Source of the DNA: an uncultured delta proteobacterium
GTDB taxonomy: Bacteria; Desulfobacterota; Binatia; UBA9968
Direction of reading: 5' to 3'
DNA length: 64,000 bases
Assembly (NCBI GenBank): GCA_963727625.1
Contig: CAVSHR010000012.1
Location: 320,001 to 384,000 of the forward strand
Shown: in pieces, positions 39,714 to 50,166 of the stretch
Numbering within the stretch: the first letter of the stretch is position 1
How the letters are laid out: each line of letters begins with the position of its first letter
Notes under the pieces: generated by a model
The model's input: only the letters and a program-made list of their open reading frames with translations
What the model was told of the DNA's origin: nothing
The model's database searches: none
Translations under genes and position numbers: made by a program

Positions 39714-40754
39714 ATGAACGATCGAACGACTCCGAGCCAGGCTGACCTTTGGGGGCTTGTATTAGCGGGCGGCGAAGGCAAGCGTCTGCAAGAATTCGTA
39801 CACCAACTGCGCGGCGAGTCTTTGCCCAAGCAATACGTCAATTTCGTCGGTACCCGCTCCATGCTTCAACACACCTTGGATCGTGCCGAGCGCTTGATCC
39901 CTCGGCGAAAGATTTTGACCGTCGTTACCGAACACCATCTTTGGGCCCCCACGGTGCGCCGGCAATTGTCGGATCGCGCGCCGGCCACGGTGATCGTTCA
40001 ACCGGAAAACAAAGACACCGGACCGGGAATACTTCTTCCGCTCACGTACCTTTACAAGGGCTGTCCCGACGCCACCATCGCTCTTTTCCCATCGGACCAT
40101 TTTATTCTCGAGGAAGATCGCTTCCTTGACCATGTCCGCCTGGCAGCCCGCGCCGTGCATCATGATTCCTCCCAGATCCTGCTTCTGGCTATAGAAGCTC
40201 AGCGGGCGGAAACAGAATACGGCTACGTGGTTGCCGCCGGTTACAACGGCCATATCGATTTGTGCGGATGCCGAAAGGCAGCCCATTTCGTAGAGAAGCC
40301 GGATCCAGCGGAGGCACGTTTGCTGGTTGCTGCGGGCGCGCTATGGAACACCATGATCATGGTGTTCAAAGTCGAAACGCTATTGCGCCACGTCCAAACA
40401 CTCTATCCCGAAGTCGCGAGTCTCTTCCGCGCGCTTTCGGACTTGATCGGCACAGCAGCGGAAGACCGCAAGATACAAGAAATTTATCGCCATCTACGAC
40501 CGCTAAACTTTTCCAAGGATATTCTCGAAAGCATCGCAGCTCGCTTCCCGGCATCGATTTCGGTGCTGCCCGTTTTGGGGGTGACCTGGAGCGACTGGGG
40601 ATCGCCGCAGCGGCTATTGGAAAGCAAAAAATCCCTCGATCTGCGCCCCCATGTGCCATCGCCTACGCTACAACCGCCGACGGTCACGCCCGGGTCCCAA
40701 TCAGGTCGGCCGGCCGCTCCGGACGTTGCGGTCCGCCAGCGCCGATTAGGATAA
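39714..40754 (+). CDS. Sugar-phosphate nucleotidyltransferase (second GMP-like paralog)
   Basis: VLAGGEGKRL..PKQYVNFVG..QPENKDTGPG..PSDHFI..FVEKP..WSDWGSP. Confidence 0.87.
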   Translation: MNDRTTPSQADLWGLVLAGGEGKRLQEFVHQLRGESLPKQYVNFVGTRSMLQHTLDRAERLIPRRKILTVVTEHHLWAPTVRRQLSDRAPATVIVQPENKDTGPGILLPLTYLYKGCPDATIALFPSDHFILEEDRFLDHVRLAARAVHHDSSQILLLAIEAQRAETEYGYVVAAGYNGHIDLCGCRKAAHFVEKPDPAEARLLVAAGALWNTMIMVFKVETLLRHVQTLYPEVASLFRALSDLIGTAAEDRKIQEIYRHLRPLNFSKDILESIAARFPASISVLPVLGVTWSDWGSPQRLLESKKSLDLRPHVPSPTLQPPTVTPGSQSGRPAAPDVAVRQRRLG

Positions 40755-40995
40755 GGAAGCCTTCAGGTACATGAAGTCGTCGCGATGGCAGGAATCAGAG
40801 ATCGATTTTCCGGTCAATCTTGAGAGATGCCAAGGGAAGGTTTACGATGGTCTTGTGTAGAACATCGGTATCGGTAACGCCCATCGATCGCTCGCAGTTT
40901 CATCGCATCGTCGACAAGTGTTCGTTCAATGAGTTGGTGCAAATGATCCGCGACACAAGCTTCAGTAACGCGGGTGGGTTTGACGGGAGGACTCT

Positions 40996-41496
40996 ATGTC
41001 TCTGCGCACCTTCTTGATCATGCTTGTGCTCGGCGCTTTGTCGCTGTTTACGGTGGCTAACTGGCACGCCTTTACAACGCCCACGAAGCTTTCTCTCATC
41101 ATCGCCACCGTTGAGGCGCCCCTAGGGCTCATGCTGCTTGGCGTCGTTGTTCTGCTCACGGCTTTGTTTCTGATCTACATCGCTTATTTGCAATCGTCGG
41201 TGTTGTTTGAAACCCGTCGCCGCGGCCGCGAGCTCCAAGCCCAGCGCGAGCTTGCCGAGCATGCTGAAATCTCGCGTATCCACGAGTTACGTTCCAGCTT
41301 GGAAACCCAGCTACAGACTTTGGGAAAACAAACCGAGCGCTCGCAGTCGGAATTGACGGCGCGGCTAGACTGTCTGGAAACTGACCTCCGCCAAACTGTA
41401 GAGCAGTGTCAAAACGCTCTGGCAGCCTCCCTCGCTGAAATCAACGATCGTATTCAGCATGGTACGGTTCAATTGCAGCCGCGAAAACTAGCCTAG
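40996..41496 (+). CDS. LapA (DUF1049)-like membrane protein with coiled-coil tail
   Basis: Two TMs around NW..FTTPT.LSL..VEAPLGL; RBS GGGAGG. Confidence 0.75.
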   Translation: MSLRTFLIMLVLGALSLFTVANWHAFTTPTKLSLIIATVEAPLGLMLLGVVVLLTALFLIYIAYLQSSVLFETRRRGRELQAQRELAEHAEISRIHELRSSLETQLQTLGKQTERSQSELTARLDCLETDLRQTVEQCQNALAASLAEINDRIQHGTVQLQPRKLA

Positions 41497-41539
41497 CAAC
41501 CTGAGTTTCCTAATCAGTCGCCCAGGGCGAGGAGATTGC

Positions 41540-42097
41540 ATGAAAAGCAAAACGACTTATCAAAAAAAAATTGAATCCCAGTTAACCAAGTGGAAAACCA
41601 CAATTGACGGCCTAAAAACGAAGATCGAGCAGGCTGAAGTCGCCGGCAAGGCCAAGCTTCATGCACAACTTGACAGGTTGCATGACAAACGAGCCGGAGC
41701 GGAAAAGCTGCTCGAAGAACTCTCCGCCACGAGCCAGGACGCCTGGGACGAGATCAAGTCGGGCATTGAACAAGGCTGGAGCGAGGTTACCCGCACAGCA
41801 AGAAAGACTATGGCAAAAGTGCGCGAAGCAATAGAGCCTCCAAGCCGTGAGGATGAGATTCGCCAGATTGCCTATCAACTTTGGCTAGACGAAGGTTGTC
41901 CCCACGGCCGGCATCTGGATCATTGGTTCAAGGCGGAGTCCCTCTGGCGTGAACAGCAAGAGGCAAAACAGCCGGAGGCCCCTCGGCCGGCAAAATCGAA
42001 ACCAAGACGGAAAAATACGGCTGCGGCGCAACCCATCAAAACTCGGGCCGGTAAAACCAAAACCGGTGGCAGCAAACGCGGCATAGACAAACCGTAA
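41540..42097 (+). CDS. Coiled-coil stress protein fused to DUF2934
   Basis: YQKKIESQL..W..ID.LK..AWDEIKSG.E.GW plus IRQIAYQLW..EGCPHGR.LDHW.KAE; Lys-rich tail. Confidence 0.8.
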   Translation: MKSKTTYQKKIESQLTKWKTTIDGLKTKIEQAEVAGKAKLHAQLDRLHDKRAGAEKLLEELSATSQDAWDEIKSGIEQGWSEVTRTARKTMAKVREAIEPPSREDEIRQIAYQLWLDEGCPHGRHLDHWFKAESLWREQQEAKQPEAPRPAKSKPRRKNTAAAQPIKTRAGKTKTGGSKRGIDKP

Positions 42098-42331
42098 TGG
42101 AAGACCCGATGGCGTTCCAACGATTGATCAAACGAGTAGGCGCGGAGTGGGTTGGGACGATACCGAGCTTCACCAGACTGGCACGGCCGCTTTTGCCTTT
42201 TAAGTCATAAAGCGATCAAGGATACCATCTAGAAAACAGCAACACAGGCAAAGACCGAGAGGATACTGTTCTTTCATCTCGGATGATCCCGCCTGAGCCA
42301 CGGTATGATCTTATGTAAATGCGTCAACCGC

Positions 42332-42554
42332 GCGTGGGCCGTCGTTAAAACAACTGGCCAGGCTTTTTATCAAGACAAAAGGCTACTTTCTGGACATGGG
42401 CTTGGCTTATAATCTGCTGCTCTATTTCGTGCTGCTAATCCTGCTGATGATTTCAGCGCTGGGATATACGGCGCTTGACCCTGAAAGAGCGATGGTCGAA
42501 GTGCAATCCGTGATGCGCCAATTCCTGCCGCATTCGGAGCAGGCGTTTGCGGAC
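42332..42554 (+). pseudogene. Frameshifted N-terminal remnant of a YihY/BrkB protein
   Basis: AWAVVKTTGQAFYQDK then, after a frameshift, GYFLDMGLAYNLLLYF..ISALGY. Confidence 0.5.
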
Positions 42555-42658
42555 GCTAGATTCCGCTGCCAAGCAGTCTCCGGGGCAGCCGGCATGCTAC
42601 GGGTGTTGATCTTTGAATTGTTCAATAGATCATTCGCCACAAGGGAGGGGGTTTCGCT

Positions 42659-43189
42659 ATGCAAGCCAAACATACTTTTGTTGATCGGCTGATCGCGATT
42701 GAGCGGCGAGTCTGCCGCGTTTACCAGAAATGGACCGCAAATGATACCTTCTCGGCCGACCTCCGTTCGTTCTTTAGAGCCATGGCCGAAGAAGAAAAGC
42801 AGCACCTTGCCATCCTGGAACGCTCTGCCGGTCTGCTAAATCTTGCCGCAGCGCCGCCGCACTCAGCGACCGCGCAGATGGAGAAAGTCGAAGCGCAAAT
42901 CTCAATGGCGGAGCGGGTCGGCGATAAGCCGGACTCGGCGGCCGACGAAGTTTTGGGCCATTCCCTCGCCCTCGAGAGCTCGGAACTGAACCAGCTCGAT
43001 AACGCCTGGTTGAAAGGGTTCCAGCCGGATTTAGCAAATCTGCAGCAGGCATGGCTGCCGGCGCATGAAGAGCATATCCGTCGGCTGTCCGATGCCATTT
43101 GCAGGTTCACGGCCAACGAGAACCTACACAAAGAGGCTGCAGCCTTGTTGTCGGAATACGAGAGACAAAAAATGACTCGCACGGGATAG
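42659..43189 (+). CDS. Ferritin/rubrerythrin-like helical protein
   Basis: IE..Y..FF..MAEEEKQH...LE..HEEH pattern; RBS GGGAGG. Confidence 0.65.
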   Translation: MQAKHTFVDRLIAIERRVCRVYQKWTANDTFSADLRSFFRAMAEEEKQHLAILERSAGLLNLAAAPPHSATAQMEKVEAQISMAERVGDKPDSAADEVLGHSLALESSELNQLDNAWLKGFQPDLANLQQAWLPAHEEHIRRLSDAICRFTANENLHKEAAALLSEYERQKMTRTG

Positions 43190-43320
43190 CTCTGTCGAGG
43201 TTGCCGGATCGAAGAAGTGCCGGCTTGTCGCATGGGTTTTGCGTTATGCCGTGAAAAGTAGCCAGTGCTCTAACCCGCTCTTCAACGTCGTTGATCAAGA
43301 TCTTGCCAGTTTGAGCCAGC

Positions 43321-43445
43321 AGACTGCTGAAAAACCCTAGAGTCCTTCGACGATGCTCTGGACGAACGGGAGCGGGTTGATGCCATTGATATGTTTCCGT
43401 TCAACCTGAGCTCATCGAAGCATTCAAAATTTTTTTCAGTAGCCC
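43321..43445. mobile_element. MITE-like element with internal REP-like hairpin
   Basis: TIRs CTGCTGAAAAA / TTTTTCAGTAG; internal IR CTTCGACGATGCTCTGGACGAACGG / CCGTTCAACCTGAGCTCATCGAAG. Confidence 0.6.
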
Positions 43446-43459
43446 ACTGGGTTTCGTCC

Positions 43460-44923
43460 TTAGGGCGGCATCCCTGCCAGGGGTGTCCAACCCCCGCCTA
43501 AGGCTTTATACAGGCTGATGAGATTCGACGTCACCTGCCCGCGGCTCTGGGCGAGTTGGTCTTGAAACGTCAGTAAGGCGCGCTCGGCGTCGAGCACGCT
43601 TTGAAAGTCGATGAGCCCCGAGGCGTATTGATTGCGCGCCAGCTCCGCGGCTTTTTGCGCGGCATCCGTCGCTTCTGCCAGCGCCTGCTTGCGGTTCTGC
43701 TCCTCACCATAGGCCACAAGCGCATTTTCCACATCTTCGAGCGCCGTGCGAATCGTTCCCTCGTAGTGATTCAGTGCCTGCTCCTGCAGCGCGTTTTGTA
43801 CTTCGATGTTCTGACGAATGGCGCCGCCTTTGAAAAGCGGCCAGGCGAAACTCCCCGCGATGCTCCAGACGCGATTGGCGGTATTGAAAAAGTGGTTGGT
43901 CGTCAGCGATTCGAGTCCAATCGAGCCCGGCAGCGAAAATGTCGGATAGAGATCCGCCGTGGCAACGCCGACCCGGGCAGTCTGAGCCGCCAGTTGCCGC
44001 TCGGCGCGCCTAACATCCGGACGGCGGCGCAAGGTTTCGGCCGGGACACCGATCGCCAACTCCATCGGCGCTTCCGGTATCGGCCCTCTTGGACCGAGCT
44101 GCGCCTCTAAAGCGCCGGGGAACGCACCGAGTAACATGGCAAGGCGGTTCTTCGCCTCTTCGATGGCTGAGCGCAGCTTGGGCAACTGCGCGCGCGTGCT
44201 TTCCAGGTTGCCGCGCGCCTGCTCGACATCGAGCCGACTGACCAAACCCGCTTCATAGCGCCACTGCGTGAGCTGCAGCGTTTCCTGCTGGGCCTTTAGA
44301 TTTGCTTCCGCCGCCGTGAGCTGGGTCTGAAGCGTCCGCGCCTCGACGTAGTTAAGCGCCACTTCCGCCACGAGACTCACCAGCACGTCATGGTAATCGG
44401 CCTCGCTTGCTTCGAGATCGCCCTGCGCCGCTTCCACCGAGCGGCGCAAGCGACCGAAGATATCGATTTCCCAGCTTGCATCGAAGCCGAGCCGGTAAAG
44501 ATCTCGAATCTCGCCGCTGCTGGTTTGTTCACTGCCGCGGCTTCGGGTTGCCGAGCCGCCGGCGCTGAGTGTCGGCAACAAACCTGCCTGCGCCACGCCG
44601 CGGCGCGCCCGCGTCTCGCGCACCCTGGCTTGAGCGGTTTTCAGATCCAAGTTGCCGGCGCTCGCGCGCTCGATCAGATCGGACAGGTCCGTATCGCCGA
44701 GCACGCTCCACCATTGCGCGAGCGCCGGTGCGTCGGGCGTTGCGGCAGTCACGCCGCCATGCAAGCTCTGACTCCACTCGCGCGGCGCCGCAATGTCCGG
44801 AGATTTGTAATCGGGCCCGACGGCGACACAGCCGGAGAGTATTCCCGCGACGACGCTGGTAACCAGCGGCGGTATAGGGCAACGACCTAGACGGATCAGC
44901 AACAATCGCATGAGATTTTCCAT
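43460..44923 (-). CDS. Outer-membrane efflux factor (NodT/OprM family lipoprotein)
   Basis: LSGC.VGPDY, ASWEIDIFG, RRPDVR.AE, LYKALGGGW. Confidence 0.94.
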   Translation of the reverse strand: MENLMRLLLIRLGRCPIPPLVTSVVAGILSGCVAVGPDYKSPDIAAPREWSQSLHGGVTAATPDAPALAQWWSVLGDTDLSDLIERASAGNLDLKTAQARVRETRARRGVAQAGLLPTLSAGGSATRSRGSEQTSSGEIRDLYRLGFDASWEIDIFGRLRRSVEAAQGDLEASEADYHDVLVSLVAEVALNYVEARTLQTQLTAAEANLKAQQETLQLTQWRYEAGLVSRLDVEQARGNLESTRAQLPKLRSAIEEAKNRLAMLLGAFPGALEAQLGPRGPIPEAPMELAIGVPAETLRRRPDVRRAERQLAAQTARVGVATADLYPTFSLPGSIGLESLTTNHFFNTANRVWSIAGSFAWPLFKGGAIRQNIEVQNALQEQALNHYEGTIRTALEDVENALVAYGEEQNRKQALAEATDAAQKAAELARNQYASGLIDFQSVLDAERALLTFQDQLAQSRGQVTSNLISLYKALGGGWTPLAGMPP

Positions 44924-46126
44924 TCACTCATGGCGCAGCGCTTCGATCGGATCGAGCTGGGCGGCGCGTCGCGCCGGAACGTAACCGAATATCACCCCCA
45001 CGGCGCCGGAGAAAAGAAAGGCGAGCACCATGATGCCTGGATTGAAGACCAACGGCACCTGGAGAACTTGCGCAAGCACCGCGGACGCGGCGAGCGCGAG
45101 CAGGACACCGAAAAGCCCGCCAAAGGAGGCCAGCACCATGGCTTCCACCAGAAATTGCGTGAGCACGTCGCGCTCATAGGCGCCGATCGCCAGGCGAATG
45201 CCGATTTCCCGGGTGCGCTCGGTCACCGACACCAGCATGATGTTCATGATGCCGATACCGCCGACGAGCAGGCTCACTGCCGCCACCGCGCTCAACAGCA
45301 GTGTGAGGATGCGGGTGGTGCCGGTCAGTATCTGGGCGATCTGGCGCGTATCCATGACCGAGAAATCATTTTCTTCGTTGGGCGCGAGATGGCGGCGCTC
45401 GCGCATCAAGCGCTCGATGGCCGATTTGACTCCCTCGAGAGCGCCGGCGTCACGCACCGAAAGTTGAATCTGCGAGATATCTCGATTGCCGGAAATACGG
45501 CGCTGAAAAGTTCGCAGCGGAATGACGATGAGATCGTCTTGGTCCCTGCCCATCACCGACTGCCCTTTCGCCTCCAACCGCCCGATCACGTCGCAAGAGA
45601 CGTTCTTCAAACGGATATTGTTGCCGAGCGAGTCTTGGGCGCCGAAGAGCTCTTTAGCCACGGTAGCGCCGACGACGCAGACCGCTTTGCCGGCGCGCAG
45701 CTCGCTTTCGGTAAAGGTTCGGCCCTGGGCAATCACCCAGTTGGCCGCCGTAAAGTAGTCATTGGTCGTCCCCGTGATGGCGGTGGACCAGTTCTTGTTG
45801 GCGAAGACAGCGGTCACTGATTTTGTCGCCGTCGGCGCGACAGCTTTGAGATCGCCGATATCACGCGCGATCGCGTCCGCGTCGCCGTCACTGAACTGCG
45901 CGACGCTTGAACTTCGTCCCGGTCCCATCTGACCGGGAATGAGAATCACCACATTGCTGCCGAGGCTGGCGATTTGTTGGGACACCTGAACCGTGGCGCC
46001 GCTTCCAAGCGTGACCATGACGATCACCGCAGCCACACCGATGACGATGCCGAGGATCGTCAGGAAGGAGCGCAGCACGTTGCGGCGCAGCTCCCGCAGG
46101 GCGAGCAAAAACGCATTCCAGATCAT
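44924..46126 (-). CDS. MacB-type ABC permease
   Basis: LRSFLTILGIVIGV..GGIGIMNIMLVSVTERTREIG.R.A.GA..DPIEALR. Confidence 0.94.
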   Translation of the reverse strand: MIWNAFLLALRELRRNVLRSFLTILGIVIGVAAVIVMVTLGSGATVQVSQQIASLGSNVVILIPGQMGPGRSSSVAQFSDGDADAIARDIGDLKAVAPTATKSVTAVFANKNWSTAITGTTNDYFTAANWVIAQGRTFTESELRAGKAVCVVGATVAKELFGAQDSLGNNIRLKNVSCDVIGRLEAKGQSVMGRDQDDLIVIPLRTFQRRISGNRDISQIQLSVRDAGALEGVKSAIERLMRERRHLAPNEENDFSVMDTRQIAQILTGTTRILTLLLSAVAAVSLLVGGIGIMNIMLVSVTERTREIGIRLAIGAYERDVLTQFLVEAMVLASFGGLFGVLLALAASAVLAQVLQVPLVFNPGIMVLAFLFSGAVGVIFGYVPARRAAQLDPIEALRHE

Positions 46127-46857
46127 CAGGCGGCCTCTTTATCATTGCGCTCATCGGCCTCCACTCGTCCATCGACAAAGCGCACGATGCGCCTGGCATA
46201 GGCGGCCATGTCCGGCTCGTGGGTGACCATGACGATGGTAATGCCGCGATTTTGATTGAGCCTGGTTAACAACTCCATGATTTCGCGGCTGCGCGCCGTA
46301 TCGAGATTGCCGGTCGGCTCGTCGGCGAACAGAACATGCGGCGAGGTCACGATAGCGCGGGCGATCGCCACCCGTTGCTGCTGCCCGCCGGAAAGCTCAC
46401 CGGGGGTGTGACTTTCCCAGCCGGCCAATCCCACCGCGCCTAACGCTTGGCGCGCGAGCGTGTGCCGCTCGGCAATCGGCTTCTTGCGATAAATCAACGG
46501 CAGCTCGACGTTTTCCAGAGCCGAGGTGCGATTGAGTAAATTGTACCCTTGGAAAACAAAGCCGAGATAATAGCGGCGCAGCCGCGCCCTCTGTAGGCGC
46601 GACAATCTTTCCACCTCCACCCCCTCGAACCGATAGGAACCCGAAGTTGGCATATCCAAGCAGCCGAGAATGTTCAGACAGGTGGATTTTCCTGAGCCGC
46701 TCGGCCCCATGACCGCGACAAACTCACCCCTGTCGATAGCCAGCTCCACGCCCCGCAGCGCCTCCATGGCAGCCGCGCCGGCGCCGTAAACCTTGGTCAC
46801 GCCGCGAAGCAGGATCTGCGGCGGCCCGGCATTTTCGGCGAAAGCCTTTTCCGTCAT
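46126..46857 (-). CDS. MacB/LolD-type ABC ATPase
   Basis: [32 protein letters not shown]. Confidence 0.95.
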   Translation of the reverse strand: MTEKAFAENAGPPQILLRGVTKVYGAGAAAMEALRGVELAIDRGEFVAVMGPSGSGKSTCLNILGCLDMPTSGSYRFEGVEVERLSRLQRARLRRYYLGFVFQGYNLLNRTSALENVELPLIYRKKPIAERHTLARQALGAVGLAGWESHTPGELSGGQQQRVAIARAIVTSPHVLFADEPTGNLDTARSREIMELLTRLNQNRGITIVMVTHEPDMAAYARRIVRFVDGRVEADERNDKEAA

Positions 46858-48194
46858 GGGTTCGCCGCAATCATGTCCGTGATCACTTCGCTTCCCACCG
46901 CGATGTCGCCGCCGGTGACTTCAGTCATGACGCCATCCGTTGAGCCCGTGGCAATGGCGACGGCGACCGGCTTGCCATCGCGCAACACCCAAACGCGCTG
47001 TTGCTTGCCTTTGGCACCACCCGAGTCCGCTGGCCTTGAAGTCTGCGGCGGACGCGGGAACAGGCGGCTTAACAAGCTACCGCCGGTTTGCGCGGTTTCC
47101 GCCGTGACCGGCGGCGAGAAACGGAGCGCTGCATTCGGCGCCAATGTCACATCGGTGGCCCGATTCACCGTGATATTGGCGGTGGCGGTCATGCCGGGGC
47201 GCAAGGCGAGATCGGAGTTGTCGACCGCCAATAAGGTCTTGTAGGTGACTACCCCCTGAACGGTCTCGGGGCCATAGCGCACTTGTGTGACCACGGCGTT
47301 AAACGTTCGCCCGGGATAGCCATCCACCGTAAAACTTGCCGGCTGCCCTACTTTGACCTGAGCCACGTCGGCTTCGTCGACGTCAACTTGCACTTCCATC
47401 TGCGCGAGATTCTCGGCGATGGTAAAAAGCACCGGCGTTTGCAGTGACGCCGCCACCGTTTGACCGGGCTCGACTTGCCGCTTGAGCACGACGCCGTTGA
47501 TCGGCGAGCGGATCACTGCCTTGGATAAATTAGTTTGATCGATACTGAGCTTCCATTTGGCCTCGGAGATCAACGCCTTGAGCGTGGCTTCGTTCGACAC
47601 CGCGCGCTTGAGCACCGCTTCCGCACCGTCAAATTCTTTTTGCGATGGAACCTGTCCGCCGCTCATCTCGCGCACGCGCTTGAACCGTTCCAAAATGTCG
47701 CGCGCCTCGACGACGGTCGCCTGGGCATCGGCCAACTTGGCTTGCGTCGATTCCAACGTCGACTGAGACTGGAAAACTTGAGCTTGCAACTTTTCGGTGT
47801 CGATCCGCGCCAGCACTTGGCCGACTTTCACCCGATCATTGTAATCCGCTTCAACCGTCCTGATGGTGCCGGAAATCTCGGTGCCGACGTCGACTTGATT
47901 GACCGGCTGCACCGTGCCGGTCGCCGTCACTGCCACGGTGAGATCGCCGCGTGTGACCCGAGCGGTCCTATACTGAACCGTCGCGCTATCGCGTGTCGTG
48001 AAATACCAAACCGACGCAGCGATCACGCCCAGCAGCGCCGTCGTCACAAGGGCAATCCGCGCGCGCCTGCGACCGCGCGGCGCCTCGTCGAGGCCCAAAA
48101 CCTCGGCGATATCACGAGCATTAGGTTCATCGGCGCTCATCGACGATACTGACACTCTCGTCATCATGCGCCGTTCGTTCTGTGGGAAGCGCAT
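46854..48194 (-). CDS. MacA-type periplasmic adaptor (start may be further downstream)
   Basis: ATGTVQP..VGTEISG..GQTVAASLQTP.LF..VDEAD..LRPGMTA. Confidence 0.92.
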   Translation of the reverse strand: MRFPQNERRMMTRVSVSSMSADEPNARDIAEVLGLDEAPRGRRRARIALVTTALLGVIAASVWYFTTRDSATVQYRTARVTRGDLTVAVTATGTVQPVNQVDVGTEISGTIRTVEADYNDRVKVGQVLARIDTEKLQAQVFQSQSTLESTQAKLADAQATVVEARDILERFKRVREMSGGQVPSQKEFDGAEAVLKRAVSNEATLKALISEAKWKLSIDQTNLSKAVIRSPINGVVLKRQVEPGQTVAASLQTPVLFTIAENLAQMEVQVDVDEADVAQVKVGQPASFTVDGYPGRTFNAVVTQVRYGPETVQGVVTYKTLLAVDNSDLALRPGMTATANITVNRATDVTLAPNAALRFSPPVTAETAQTGGSLLSRLFPRPPQTSRPADSGGAKGKQQRVWVLRDGKPVAVAIATGSTDGVMTEVTGGDIAVGSEVITDMIAANP

Positions 48195-48205
48195 GATGCT
48201 CCAAC

Positions 48206-50080
48206 CTAGCTTCGACCCTGACTTTCCTCATACTCGGCGTCGACGACCTTTTCCTTCGCGCCATCCCCGGCGTTGCCCTTTTCCGCTGCTTCGGTTCGTG
48301 AGGTTTGCCGATAGATCGCTTCGGCGAGCTTGTGGGACGCTTGAGTCAGCTCTTCGGTCGATTTTTTGATCCGGTCGAGATTCTTGTCCTTGATCGCCTG
48401 TCTCAAGTTATTGACAGCGGCCTCGATGTCGCCGCGCTCCTTCTGGCTGATTTTGTCGCCGTAGTCCCGTAGTGACTTTTCCGTAGCGTAAATCAAATTA
48501 TCGGCAAGATTGATGATTCCCACCTCCGCTTTTTTCTTGGCATCTTCTGCGGCGAACTTTTCCGCGTCTTGGACCATGCGGTCGATTTCTTCCTTGCCGA
48601 GCTTCTTCGGCGCGGTGATACGAATCGACTGCTCTTTGCCGGTGCCCAGGTCCTTGGCTGCAACATGGACGATACCGTCGGCGTCGATATCGAAACCGAC
48701 TTCGATCTGGGGCATGCCGCGCGGCGCCAGAGGAATGCCGATCAAGTCGAATCTGCCGAGCTCGACATTGTCGTTGGCCATGGGTCGCTCACCTTGCAGG
48801 ACGCGGATCGTCACTGCCGTCTGGTTATCGGCGGCGGTCGAAAAAATCTGGCTTTTTCGCGTCGGCACCGTGGTGTTTCTTGCGATCAGCGCGGTGCTCA
48901 CCCCGCCCAGGGTTTCTATCCCCAAGGACAGCGGCGTCACGTCGAGCAACAAAATATCTTTGACTTCGCCCTTGATGATCGCCGCCTGGATCGCCGCGCC
49001 CATGGCGACGCAGTCCATCGGGTCGATGCCGCGCTCGATCTTCTTGCCGAAATAATCCTCGACAAATTTTTGCACGATCGGCATGCGCGTCGGACCGCCG
49101 ACCATGATGATCTTGTCGATATCCTGGCCGGTAAATCTTGTTCCCTCTTTGACGAAGGCATCCTGAGCGTCTTTCAACGCCTGTTCGAGAGGACCCCGAC
49201 ACTTTTCAATGATTGGACCGACCATTTCATCAAGTTTGGCTCGATTGATCGATAGCGTTAGATGTTTCGGCCCGCTCGCATCCGCGGTGATAAAAGGCAG
49301 GTTAATATCGGTGGTCAGCGCGCTGGATAGTTCGACTTTGGCTTTTTCCGCCGCTTCGCGCAGCCGTTGCACGGCCATACTGTCGTTGGTGAGATCAATA
49401 CCCGTCTCCCGTCTGAATTCCTTGGCGATATGATCGATCAGCACGCGGTCCATGTCGGTGCCGCCCAACTGGGTATCCCCACTGGTCGCCACCACCTTGA
49501 ATCCGCCTTCTTTCCACATCTCCATGATGGTGACGTCGAGAGTGCCGCCGCCGAAATCAAAAACCAGGATTTTTAATTCCTTGCCGGCTTTCTCCAGGCC
49601 GTAGGCGAGGCAGGCGGCCGTCGGCTCGTTGACGATCCGCAAAACTTTCAGACCGGCGATCTCACCCGCGTCCCTGGTCGCGGTGCGCTGGTTGTCGTCA
49701 AAATAGGCCGGACAGGTGATCACCGCCTCTTCGACTTTATCGCCGAGGTGCGCTTCGGCGTCCTGTTTGATCTTTTGTAAGATGAACGCGGAGATCTGTT
49801 GTGGCGTGTATTCTTTATCGAAAACTTTGAACTTGAAATCCGACCCCATCTTTCGTTTTGCCGCCTGGATGGTGCCTATGGCATTGATCGCCGCCTGGCG
49901 CCTTGCCGGCTCGCCGACCAGTCGTTGACCGTCCTTGGTAAAAGCCACGTAGGAAGGAAAAGCTTTGCCCGAGGCGACCCCGGCGCCCTCAGCCGAAGGG
50001 ATGATCACCGGTCTGCCGCTTTCGATAACCGCGGCTGCGGAGTTGGACGTGCCCAAATCTATGCCGATTATCTTGGCCAT
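48206..50080 (-). CDS. dnaK: Chaperone DnaK (archaeal/monoderm type)
   Basis: [40 protein letters not shown]. Confidence 0.96.
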   Translation of the reverse strand: MAKIIGIDLGTSNSAAAVIESGRPVIIPSAEGAGVASGKAFPSYVAFTKDGQRLVGEPARRQAAINAIGTIQAAKRKMGSDFKFKVFDKEYTPQQISAFILQKIKQDAEAHLGDKVEEAVITCPAYFDDNQRTATRDAGEIAGLKVLRIVNEPTAACLAYGLEKAGKELKILVFDFGGGTLDVTIMEMWKEGGFKVVATSGDTQLGGTDMDRVLIDHIAKEFRRETGIDLTNDSMAVQRLREAAEKAKVELSSALTTDINLPFITADASGPKHLTLSINRAKLDEMVGPIIEKCRGPLEQALKDAQDAFVKEGTRFTGQDIDKIIMVGGPTRMPIVQKFVEDYFGKKIERGIDPMDCVAMGAAIQAAIIKGEVKDILLLDVTPLSLGIETLGGVSTALIARNTTVPTRKSQIFSTAADNQTAVTIRVLQGERPMANDNVELGRFDLIGIPLAPRGMPQIEVGFDIDADGIVHVAAKDLGTGKEQSIRITAPKKLGKEEIDRMVQDAEKFAAEDAKKKAEVGIINLADNLIYATEKSLRDYGDKISQKERGDIEAAVNNLRQAIKDKNLDRIKKSTEELTQASHKLAEAIYRQTSRTEAAEKGNAGDGAKEKVVDAEYEESQGRS

Positions 50081-50166
50081 TTTACGCCTCCGCTAAAATC
50101 ATCGATCGCTGCGCGTGCTAAGAGCCCCCTCCTTAAGAATGTCGCCGGCCATCTCATCAATTTTCG

